From the IMG/VR virus record IMGVR_UViG_3300045988_098362: 53,272 nt of DNA; one strand, written 5' to 3'. The DNA is from a virus. Position 1 is the first letter of the stretch; each line of letters opens with the position of its first letter. This document shows, piece by piece, positions 26,494-33,987 of this stretch. The notes beneath the pieces were generated by a model. That model saw only the letters and a list, made by a program, of their open reading frames with translations. It had not been told where the DNA came from and searched no databases. A program made the translations under genes and the position numbers.

Positions 26494-27673
26494 ATACGGA
26501 TGGGGCCTGACCTCAGCTGGTTTCCGCCGCCCGACATACAATGAACTGCTGGACGCTCTGGAGCATAAAGCGAGGGAATTGTTTGGGGCAACGGCGAACC
26601 TGACCGTCAGAAGCCCTCTCGGCCTGTTCCTGCGCATTTTTGCATGGATACTCAATATCCTGTTCTCTGTGCTGGAAGATGTCTACAACAGCCGCTTTGT
26701 GGACACAGCGGTTGGCACCTCGCTGCTGAACCTCGGTAGAGCCATCGGCCTACGTGTGCTGTCTGCCCAGAAAGCCAGCGGCTATATCATGGTGACTGGC
26801 CCGCCGGGGGTCATAGTACCGGCGGGATGGCTGGTTGAAACTGCGGCCGGCATCCAGTTCTTTGCTGTTTCGGATACTGAAATTGGTGCAGAGGGTACGG
26901 TTATGGTGCCGTTCCGCTGCACAAGCACTGGCCCGGACGGCAACGTGGCTGCTGGTACGATCACCACCATCACAAACCCCGGCTCGGTCGCAGGTATCAC
27001 GGCGGTGACAAACCCGGCGGCGTTTACTGGTGGTAGAGAGAGGGAAACGGATGAAGAATTCCGAGACCGCTACTATGCCAGCGTGGACTATGCCGGCGGC
27101 GTGAATGCTGACAGCATCCGTGCCGCTCTGCTCCAGAATGTTGATGGCATTATGGAAGCAAAGGTATTTGAAAATGATACTGACAATGTGGATGAGTACG
27201 GTCTGCCGCCGCACAGCATTGAAGCTGTCGTTTACGGTGGTCTGGACAGCGATATTGCGCAGATTATTTACAAAGAGCTGGGTGCCGGCATACAGACGAC
27301 CGGTCAGAAAGTGGTTGAGGTCATCACCGCTTCCGGTGCCACAAAGGCGATTCACTTCAACCGGCCGCACCCGGTACCTGTCTATGTGAAAGTGGTCGGG
27401 CTGTCTACCAGCGGGGATTTCCCCCATGATGGAGTAGACCGGCTCAGAGCGGCCATTGTCGCATACATCGGCGACAATGAAAGCGGCGGGGTGAGCATCG
27501 GCGAAACATTGTATCACCAGCGGCTTCCGGCGGTGCTGTACAAGGTTCCCGGTGTTTTGGATTTCGATGTGCTGATCGGTACGGATGCGGAAAATCTTCA
27601 GGCGGATAACATCCCGGTGGATAGCCGCTCCAAGGTTGTCACGGATGATGGGATGGTGACCATCGATGCGTGA
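26486..27673 (+). CDS. Baseplate J-like protein
   Basis: GPDGNVAAGTITTITNP...VTNPAAFTGGRERETDEEFRDRY is the Baseplate_J signature. GTG start after GGAGGTG. Confidence 0.8.
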   Translation: MDEYGWGLTSAGFRRPTYNELLDALEHKARELFGATANLTVRSPLGLFLRIFAWILNILFSVLEDVYNSRFVDTAVGTSLLNLGRAIGLRVLSAQKASGYIMVTGPPGVIVPAGWLVETAAGIQFFAVSDTEIGAEGTVMVPFRCTSTGPDGNVAAGTITTITNPGSVAGITAVTNPAAFTGGRERETDEEFRDRYYASVDYAGGVNADSIRAALLQNVDGIMEAKVFENDTDNVDEYGLPPHSIEAVVYGGLDSDIAQIIYKELGAGIQTTGQKVVEVITASGATKAIHFNRPHPVPVYVKVVGLSTSGDFPHDGVDRLRAAIVAYIGDNESGGVSIGETLYHQRLPAVLYKVPGVLDFDVLIGTDAENLQADNIPVDSRSKVVTDDGMVTIDA

Positions 27674-28514
27674 ATACGGCTATCTTGAAAAGATGCTGGA
27701 CATGCTGACAGATCCATATACCCACCGGGATCTACAGAATGTCCGAAAAAACCGTAAGCTGGAAACGAACATCGGAAAACTGTTTTCCCTGCTGTCAGAT
27801 GGCTTTGAGGTCATCCATAAAAATGCCGAACTGGTTCGGCTGTGGGATGACCTTGAAAATGCTGAGGGCGCAGTCCTTGACCGCTATGGAGCCAACTTTG
27901 GTGTACAGCGCGGTGCAGCAAGTGATGCCCTCTACCGAATTTTAATCCGGGTCAAGATGCTGGCACAGCTTTCCGGCGGCGATGGCGATACCGTCATCCG
28001 GGCAGCGGGGGAGCTGCTGGGTGTTCAGTTTTCGGATATTGAGTTGCAGGACGTGTACCCTGCAAAGGTCGCACTGTATGTGGATCAGATCTTGCTTTCT
28101 GAGGAACGGCTGGCGCTGATAGATCAGATTGCAGTTGCCCTCAAGCGTATTCTGACCGCCGGTGTTGGCCTACGCCTGTATCTGCGGACCTACCGCACAT
28201 ACCGCTATGACCTGAACATTGGTCACGGCGCGATGGTAAATGTGGTTCGCTGGCTTCCTCCCGTTTCACAGGACCGCAGCAGCCGGGCAGATTTCAAAAT
28301 CGGCCACGGCGGCTTTACCGAAGCTGATTTCTATCCGCCGATTGTTGGAAAAGACCGGCTGTTTGAAAGCCGCTTTGAAACATCAAGAGGAACCTATCTG
28401 CCGCCTGTGATCGAGGGTGTATACCCTGACACTGTGCAGACGGCCACCATGGCGCATGAGGGCGTGCGTGGCGCTGTTTACCATACACACCTCAAGCCCA
28501 GAAGAATTGATTAA
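27666..28514 (+). CDS. P2 gpI / YmfQ (DUF2313-like) baseplate protein
   Basis: It lies after baseplate J. WDDLENAEGAVLDRYGANFGVQR resembles that family. Confidence 0.5.
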   Translation: MREYGYLEKMLDMLTDPYTHRDLQNVRKNRKLETNIGKLFSLLSDGFEVIHKNAELVRLWDDLENAEGAVLDRYGANFGVQRGAASDALYRILIRVKMLAQLSGGDGDTVIRAAGELLGVQFSDIELQDVYPAKVALYVDQILLSEERLALIDQIAVALKRILTAGVGLRLYLRTYRTYRYDLNIGHGAMVNVVRWLPPVSQDRSSRADFKIGHGGFTEADFYPPIVGKDRLFESRFETSRGTYLPPVIEGVYPDTVQTATMAHEGVRGAVYHTHLKPRRID

Positions 28515-28525
28515 GGAGAGAGCTT

Positions 28526-29620
28526 ATGGCGAAATATGAAGACGGCAGCTATGGGTCTGCCGCCGGCATTGCCCTGATCGCAAAGGTTCTTGCTGGCCGC
28601 TGTGCGATGAAATACACGCGGGTGGCCGTGGGCAAGGGCAATATCCCGGACGACAAGACCCCGAAAACCATGACGGAGCCTGCCGATTATGTCATGGATG
28701 CCGTGATTGCGGGCATCACCAACCCGGTGGATGGTGAGTGTCAGGTTACGGTGCAGATCAACTCGGCAAATGTGGACAAGGGCTTCTACTGCACGGCGGT
28801 TGTCCTTTATGCAGAAGACCCCGATGAGGGCGAAGTCCCTTATACCTATCTCGTGCTGGAAAATGAACCTGAATGGATCCGCCCGGCAAGTTCGATTGTG
28901 GGCAAGCTGGCTACCATTGACCTGATCGCCGCCGTTGGTGATGTTGATACCGTGACGGCGGCAATCGACCCGGAAGCCATTGCAACGGTGGCGGCAGTAA
29001 ATGACCTGCTCCAGCGGCACAATGAAGACCCGGAAGCTCATGCCGGCATCATCATGGATGCAGTGGGTTCCGCCATGAAGAAGCTGGAGGAGTCCGGTCA
29101 GATCATGGATCAGAAGACTGTTGAGACTATGATTCGCAAGGAGATTGCGGAACATGGCAGCGGTGGGTACTACGGTACATACTTTCTGACGTTGGCTGCA
29201 TCGGGCTGGGAACAGGCTGATGAAGAAAGCCCGGACTACAGCTATATCTATACCGCAGAACTTCCCGACAGTACGAGCGCCCTCATTCCGAGCGGCGCAC
29301 CTCTGCTTGGAAGTTTTCATATTGCCGAAGATGCGGGTGTCGTGAACGGATGCGAAACCGGGGATGGAGTGGTGAAGTTCTACTCCAAGGAAATCCCCGC
29401 CGCAGACATTTCCACTTGCATCATTCTGTTTGGCAAGGGAGGGGGTGGAGAGAGTGACTTGACCGTTGCGACCCGCGAACAGCTGGGACACGTTAAGATT
29501 GGTAACGGAATCGAAGTGACCGAAGACGGCACGATTTCGGCCAATGCAAAGGTGTCCGAAGATCAGATTGCAACTTCGGATGATACTTCCGAAATGCTGA
29601 AAGAAATTTATGGTGAGTAA
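28526..29620 (+). CDS. Tail fibre protein 1 (tail-collar-type N-terminus)
   Basis: The N-terminus GIALIAKVLAGRCAMKYTRVAVGKGNIPDD...VVLYAEDPDEGEVPYTYLVLENEPEWI resembles the phage tail-collar fibre N-domain. The C-terminal motif is SEMLKEIYGE. Confidence 0.65.
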   Translation: MAKYEDGSYGSAAGIALIAKVLAGRCAMKYTRVAVGKGNIPDDKTPKTMTEPADYVMDAVIAGITNPVDGECQVTVQINSANVDKGFYCTAVVLYAEDPDEGEVPYTYLVLENEPEWIRPASSIVGKLATIDLIAAVGDVDTVTAAIDPEAIATVAAVNDLLQRHNEDPEAHAGIIMDAVGSAMKKLEESGQIMDQKTVETMIRKEIAEHGSGGYYGTYFLTLAASGWEQADEESPDYSYIYTAELPDSTSALIPSGAPLLGSFHIAEDAGVVNGCETGDGVVKFYSKEIPAADISTCIILFGKGGGGESDLTVATREQLGHVKIGNGIEVTEDGTISANAKVSEDQIATSDDTSEMLKEIYGE

Positions 29621-29649
29621 ATCACAGAAAATTTAGGAGGAAAACTACT

Positions 29650-30645
29650 ATGGCTTACAATGAGAAACATCTGGCAAAACTGGCTGACCTGAAGGCACTG
29701 GGTACCAAGCAGAAAGAGGTCGCCGATGCTCTGGCGGCGCGTGTTGATACTCTGGAGAATGTTGGCTCTCAGGCCAACGTCCTTGAGGGGGTCAAGGTGA
29801 ACGGTACTGCGCTGGCTATTGCCAATAAGATGGTTGACATCCTGATCGCCACTGGCTCCAAGAATGGCAGCATTTCCGTGAACGGTGCTGATGTCGCCAT
29901 CAAGGGTCTGGCTGCTCTGGCTTTCAAGGCAAAGGTTTCTCAGTCTGACCTCGATGACGCGCTGGCTGCTGTTCTGGAGGGCAAGGCTGACAAGGCAACT
30001 ACTCTGGACGGTTACGGCATTACCAATGCCTACACCAAGGATGAGATCAACGCCAAGATCAGCTCTGTCTATAAGCCTGCTGGCTCTGTGGCCTTTGCTG
30101 AACTGCCCTCTCTGTCTGAGAGCATTCTGGGCAACGTGTACAATGTCACCGATGCTTTCACTACTACCGCCAACTTTGTTGAGGGCGCGGGCAACAAATA
30201 TGCCAAGGGCACCAATGTCGTGGTGGTCAAGGTCGGCGATGCCTATAAGTACGATGTGCTGGCTGGTTTCGTTGACCTGTCCGGTTATGTTGAAAAGGAA
30301 GCAGGCAAGGGCCTGTCTGACGAGAACTTCACTGCGGCCTTCAAGGATAAGCTGGACGGCATTGCGGCTGGCGCAAACAAGTATGTTCATCCCACCCACA
30401 CCGCTGCTGCCAGCGGATTGTACAAGACCACCGTGGATGAAGAGGGCCATGTGACCGACACCACTCCTGTGACCAAGGATGACATCACCAATCTGGGCAT
30501 CCCTGCGCAGGATACCACCTATGGCAAGGCTACTGCCGCAGCTGACGGTCTGATGGCCGCTGCCGACAAGAGCAAGCTGGATGGCATGAGCATTGCCACC
30601 GACAGCGAGGTTTCTGAAATGCTGGCCGAGGTCTACGGCGAGTAA
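29650..30645 (+). CDS. Tail fibre protein 2
   Basis: Fibre repeats are present (DGLMAAADKSKLDG). The C-terminus SEMLAEVYGE is shared with fibre 1. An AGGAGGAAAA SD is present. Confidence 0.6.
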   Translation: MAYNEKHLAKLADLKALGTKQKEVADALAARVDTLENVGSQANVLEGVKVNGTALAIANKMVDILIATGSKNGSISVNGADVAIKGLAALAFKAKVSQSDLDDALAAVLEGKADKATTLDGYGITNAYTKDEINAKISSVYKPAGSVAFAELPSLSESILGNVYNVTDAFTTTANFVEGAGNKYAKGTNVVVVKVGDAYKYDVLAGFVDLSGYVEKEAGKGLSDENFTAAFKDKLDGIAAGANKYVHPTHTAAASGLYKTTVDEEGHVTDTTPVTKDDITNLGIPAQDTTYGKATAAADGLMAAADKSKLDGMSIATDSEVSEMLAEVYGE

Positions 30646-30661
30646 GTTCATAAGCATGGAT

Positions 30662-30693
30662 AGCGGCGGGGATGTCCCGCCGCTTCCTTTTTT
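30662..30693 (+). terminator. Rho-independent terminator after fibre 2
   Basis: A 9-bp stem agcggcggg/cccgccgct with loop gatgt, followed by tcctttttt. Confidence 0.65.
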
Positions 30694-30708
30694 CGGGAGG
30701 TGATCCTA

Positions 30709-31122
30709 TTGAGCGAAAAGCTCACGACCCTTTCCCAGCTTCGGGCTGTGTCCCAGAAATCAAAAGATCGGGCGGCACAGGTGGCTGATGCCGCGGCCGC
30801 TGCTTTGGATGAAATGGATGGAGTAAAAGCGGATAAAACGGAGTTCGTTTCTTTTTCTATCCCTGCAACTGGCTGGAAAACTGACAGCAGTGTTCCCGGC
30901 TATACGAACTACATCGACATTGCAATCAGCGGCTTAACGGCGGCTGACTATGTGGCGGTGGATGTTGCCCCGGCGAGCAGCGCAGTGGCACGAGCGGCAA
31001 ATTTTGTTGCGACCGAAAGCCGTGCCGGCATCCTCCGGCTTCGTGCGGAATCGGTGCCAACAGCTACGATTTCGGCGCAGTACCACATCATCACGGCCGC
31101 AACAGCGGCAAAGGAGGGTTAA
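30709..31122 (+). CDS. Fibre-associated hypothetical protein (alternative start GTG 30700)
   Basis: A GGGAGG SD lies 8 nt upstream of TTG 30709. The product is Ala-rich and lies directly upstream of the DGR target gene. Confidence 0.45.
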   Translation: MSEKLTTLSQLRAVSQKSKDRAAQVADAAAAALDEMDGVKADKTEFVSFSIPATGWKTDSSVPGYTNYIDIAISGLTAADYVAVDVAPASSAVARAANFVATESRAGILRLRAESVPTATISAQYHIITAATAAKEG

Positions 31123-31126
31123 TCTT

Positions 31127-32773
31127 ATGGCATGGGGTCCTTTTAATGCTGGCGGTGGCGGCGGTTCGTCCGGCGGCACTGCGGCAGATATTTCCTACGA
31201 CAACAGCAAGTCCGGCATTTCGGCGGCGAATGTGCAGGAAGCCATTGATGCGCTTTCTGTGCTGACCCTGACGATTCAGGCCGTGCCCGCCCAGAGCGGG
31301 AGCCTGACCTATACCGGCTCCACCCAGAGTCCCACATGGAAAGGCTATGACAGCAGCATGATGACGATCGGGGGCGTGACCTCCGGCATCAATGCTGGCA
31401 CCTATACGGCCACGTTTACGCCCATCGGCAAGTATGTCTGGACGGACGGCACGCAGGAAGCCAAGAGTGTGTCGTGGACGATTGGCCGAGCCGAGGTCAA
31501 GAATGTGCCGGCACAGACCGGCAGCGTGACCTATAATGGCTCGGCGCAGTCCCCGTCGTGGAGCAACTATAACAGTTCTCAGCTGACGATCGGCGGCACG
31601 AGCAGCGCAACCAACGCTGGCAGCTACAGCGCCACCTTTACTCCGACTTCCAATTATAAGTGGTCGGATGGGACGACTACGGCCAAGAGCGCTTCGTGGA
31701 CGATCGGCAAGGCGACCGGCAGTATTACGCTGTCCGCAAGCAGTCTGAGCCTGACCTACCCGAAAATCTCTGGCACCATCACTATTACACGGCCGGGCAG
31801 CGGTACGGTGACTGCATCCTCTGGCAATACGGACATTGCAACGGTGAGCGTTTCCGGCACCACTATTACGGTGACGGCAAAGGCGACCGGCAGTGCTACC
31901 ATTACAGTCAACGTGGGTGCAGACACCAACTATACTGCACCGTCCAGCAAGACGTTCACGGTGGCCGTTACGCTGGTGTCCAAAACGCTCAACAGCAACA
32001 GTTGGGCAGTCATCAAGGCCGTCAGCGATGCCGGGCAGGGTGCAAACTATTGGTCTGTTGGTGCCACGAAGTCCGTAACTATCAATGGCAAGGTGGGCGC
32101 AACTACGATCTCCAGCTTGAAAGTTGATGCTTTTATCATCGGCTTCAACCACAACTCCAGTAAAGAGGGAAGCAACCGCATCCACTTCCTGTTGGGCAAG
32201 ATCAGCGGCAAGTTTGTTGGTCTGGTGGATAGCAACTATAGTAACTCCACTTCTACATCTGGTGCGTTTGTGATGAACACCAGTAACACGAACTCTGGCG
32301 GCTGGGGAAGCAGTCAGATGCGGAGCAAGGTGCTTGGTAGCGCAAGCTCTCCCACCAGCCCGACCGCCAACACGTTGCTGGCCGCACTCCCCTCTGACCT
32401 GCGTGCGGTGATGAAGTCCTGCACGAAGTATACGGATAATAAGGGTGGCAGCAATACCGCCAGCAACGTGTCCTCTACCACGGATTATCTGTTCCTGCTG
32501 TCTGAGTATGAGGTTCATGGAACTCGAAACTTTGCCAACAGCGCAGAGCAAAACAGTCAGGCACAGTACGACTACTTTAAGGCGGGAAACAGTAAGGTAG
32601 CCAATAAACATTCCGCCACCGGAACGGCGGCGGTCTGGTTGCTGCGGTCGCCGTCCTGCACCACCGTCTACATCACCTACTACAACTCCTTCTGCGCGGT
32701 TTCGTCGTCGGGGTCGTTGGACTGTGGCGACGCTTACGTCGCGTATGGTGTTGTTTCCGGCTTTGTTGTCTAA
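31127..32773 (+). CDS. DGR target protein: fibre-like receptor-binding protein with Ig-like repeats and a C-terminal variable region
   Basis: An AAGGAGGG SD lies upstream of ATG 31127. The N-terminus GGTAADISYDNSKSGISAANVQEAIDALS is fibre-like. Two 74-aa tandem repeats and a BIG2-like segment follow. The last 47 codons are the VR (AAVWLLRSP...VSGFVV). Confidence 0.8.
   Translation: MAWGPFNAGGGGGSSGGTAADISYDNSKSGISAANVQEAIDALSVLTLTIQAVPAQSGSLTYTGSTQSPTWKGYDSSMMTIGGVTSGINAGTYTATFTPIGKYVWTDGTQEAKSVSWTIGRAEVKNVPAQTGSVTYNGSAQSPSWSNYNSSQLTIGGTSSATNAGSYSATFTPTSNYKWSDGTTTAKSASWTIGKATGSITLSASSLSLTYPKISGTITITRPGSGTVTASSGNTDIATVSVSGTTITVTAKATGSATITVNVGADTNYTAPSSKTFTVAVTLVSKTLNSNSWAVIKAVSDAGQGANYWSVGATKSVTINGKVGATTISSLKVDAFIIGFNHNSSKEGSNRIHFLLGKISGKFVGLVDSNYSNSTSTSGAFVMNTSNTNSGGWGSSQMRSKVLGSASSPTSPTANTLLAALPSDLRAVMKSCTKYTDNKGGSNTASNVSSTTDYLFLLSEYEVHGTRNFANSAEQNSQAQYDYFKAGNSKVANKHSATGTAAVWLLRSPSCTTVYITYYNSFCAVSSSGSLDCGDAYVAYGVVSGFVV
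31283..31726 (+). repeat. Two tandem 222-bp (74-codon) coding repeats, Ig/MBG-like
   Basis: VPAQSGSLTYTGSTQSPTWKGYDSSMMTIGG..AGTYTATFTP..YVWTDGT..KSVSWTIGRA compared with VPAQTGSVTYNGSAQSPSWSNYNSSQLTIGG..AGSYSATFTP..YKWSDGT..KSASWTIGKA. Confidence 0.75.
32625..32764 (+). repeat. DGR variable repeat (VR)
   Basis: 140 bp homologous to 33670-33809 at a constant offset of 1045. Thirteen mismatches in the variable stretch all fall on TR adenines. Confidence 0.9.
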
Positions 32774-32851
32774 TCCCCCGCAGGGATTCTCGACTTACTC
32801 AAGCCCACGGAAGTGGGCGGAAAACAGCAAACTTTCCTCAAAAAATCAAAA

Positions 32852-32881
32852 GGGCGCGTCAGCGCCCCGCGCGATTTTTTG
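32852..32881. terminator. Hairpin plus T-run downstream of the VR gene
   Basis: gggcgc-gtca-gcgccc (or the alternative stem gcgcg/cgcgc) followed by gatttttt. Confidence 0.5.
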
Positions 32882-32986
32882 AAAAAAGATACTGAAAGTG
32901 CTATCACTCAACTGTCTTATGAGTGCATACACGGCACGAAAAATGCTATACAATACTTTCAAAACCTGTTTGTTAGGAGGTATTGT

Positions 32987-33172
32987 ATGGCAACTAACAA
33001 GCGCGTCTTTACACTGCGCCTGTCCGATGAAGTTTTTGACAAGATCGGCGTTCTAGCAACAAAAGAACATCGGTCCATCACGAACTACATAGAGTATGTG
33101 CTGCTCAAGCATTTGGAAGAAGTTGAGCGAGAGCAAGGGGAAATCGACCTCGATGACCCCGAAGGAGACTAA
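32987..33172 (+). CDS. Ribbon-helix-helix (Arc/CopG-like) protein
   Basis: An AGGAGG SD lies 6 nt upstream of ATG 32987. KRVFTLRLSDEVFDKIGVLATKEHRSITNYIEYVLLKHL fits the RHH beta-alpha-alpha pattern. Confidence 0.55.
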   Translation: MATNKRVFTLRLSDEVFDKIGVLATKEHRSITNYIEYVLLKHLEEVEREQGEIDLDDPEGD

Positions 33173-33178
33173 GGTATC

Positions 33179-33637
33179 ATGTCAGTTTTGAAATCCAAGC
33201 GCACAGAAAGCAAAGCGGAGTATGTGAATATCGCCAACGCAATTTACATTGAAACGATAAACTTCCTGACCCGCATTTCCGCAAGGTATTCCAGATTGAT
33301 TGCAGAGCCGGTCGCAAAGCTAGCGGGTGAGGTGATAGACCACGCTGAAAAGGCGAACAGCATCTATCCCTCAGACGATCAGCGGCGCCAGCTTCGCAAA
33401 GCACATCTTCTGGAAGCGCGGGCATCCCTGATGGCGCTGGATGTTCGGTTGACTCACTGCTATCTCATCATGACCCAGAACCCGCAGGGATGTTTCACAA
33501 CTCCCTCAGGGAAAAGTGTCGATGCGAAGAAAGCAACCGAAAGACTGGACAAAATGGCTCAAAAGTTGGGTGAACTGATTGACAAGGAAAACGACCTGCT
33601 GCAAGGCATGATCGGAACGGTCAATCGGAAAGCCTGA
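33179..33637 (+). CDS. avd: Avd-like accessory variability determinant (four-helix-bundle protein)
   Basis: 152 aa, helical and basic. The pattern ...AGEVIDHAEKANSIYP...RRQLRKAHLLEARASLMALDVRL resembles the Avd / 23S-IVS four-helix-bundle family. It lies immediately upstream of the TR. Confidence 0.6.
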   Translation: MSVLKSKRTESKAEYVNIANAIYIETINFLTRISARYSRLIAEPVAKLAGEVIDHAEKANSIYPSDDQRRQLRKAHLLEARASLMALDVRLTHCYLIMTQNPQGCFTTPSGKSVDAKKATERLDKMAQKLGELIDKENDLLQGMIGTVNRKA

Positions 33638-33669
33638 TTTTTAAGTGGGTGTAACTCTGTCAATTCCTG

Positions 33670-33809
33670 CGGCGGCGGTCTGGTTGCTGCGGTCGCCGTA
33701 CTACAACAACATCAACATCAACAACAACAACTACTTCTGCGCGGTTTCGTCGTCGGGGTCGTTGGACTATAACGACGCTTACGTCGCGTATGGTGTTGTG
33801 TCCGGATTT
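33670..33809 (+). ncRNA. DGR template repeat (TR)
   Basis: Non-coding copy of the VR. It is rich in AAC/TAC/ATC triplets (YYNNININNNNY..YN if translated) and lies between avd and the RT. Confidence 0.9.
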
Positions 33810-33987
33810 TGCAATGCTTGGTCACATGGAGTAGCCATAGGTGAAAGACGACCATAGCAAAAGGAGAGGTACTTCCCTGAGGATAAACCTCTAAAACTGC
33901 TTTTCGATATGCTGACACGGACGCTTCTTGCATGGCGCGGGATGCATCTTACCGCGTTTCATGTGCCGGCATAAAGCAGATTAGACG

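Noticed and set aside
30950-31126. An upstream extension of the DGR target ORF (MWRWMLPRRAAQWHERQ...).
   Set aside because: It is Arg-rich, overlaps the preceding gene in another frame, and has no SD. ATG 31127 has an AAGGAGGG SD and begins a fibre-like N-terminus.
33645-33857. A 70-aa + strand ORF (MGVTLSIPAAAVWLLRSPYYNNININNNNYFCAVSS...) listed in the ORF track.
   Set aside because: It is simply the translation of the DGR template repeat. It has no SD, an Asn-run typical of the TR, and is homologous to the VR. I treat it as non-coding TR RNA, not a gene.
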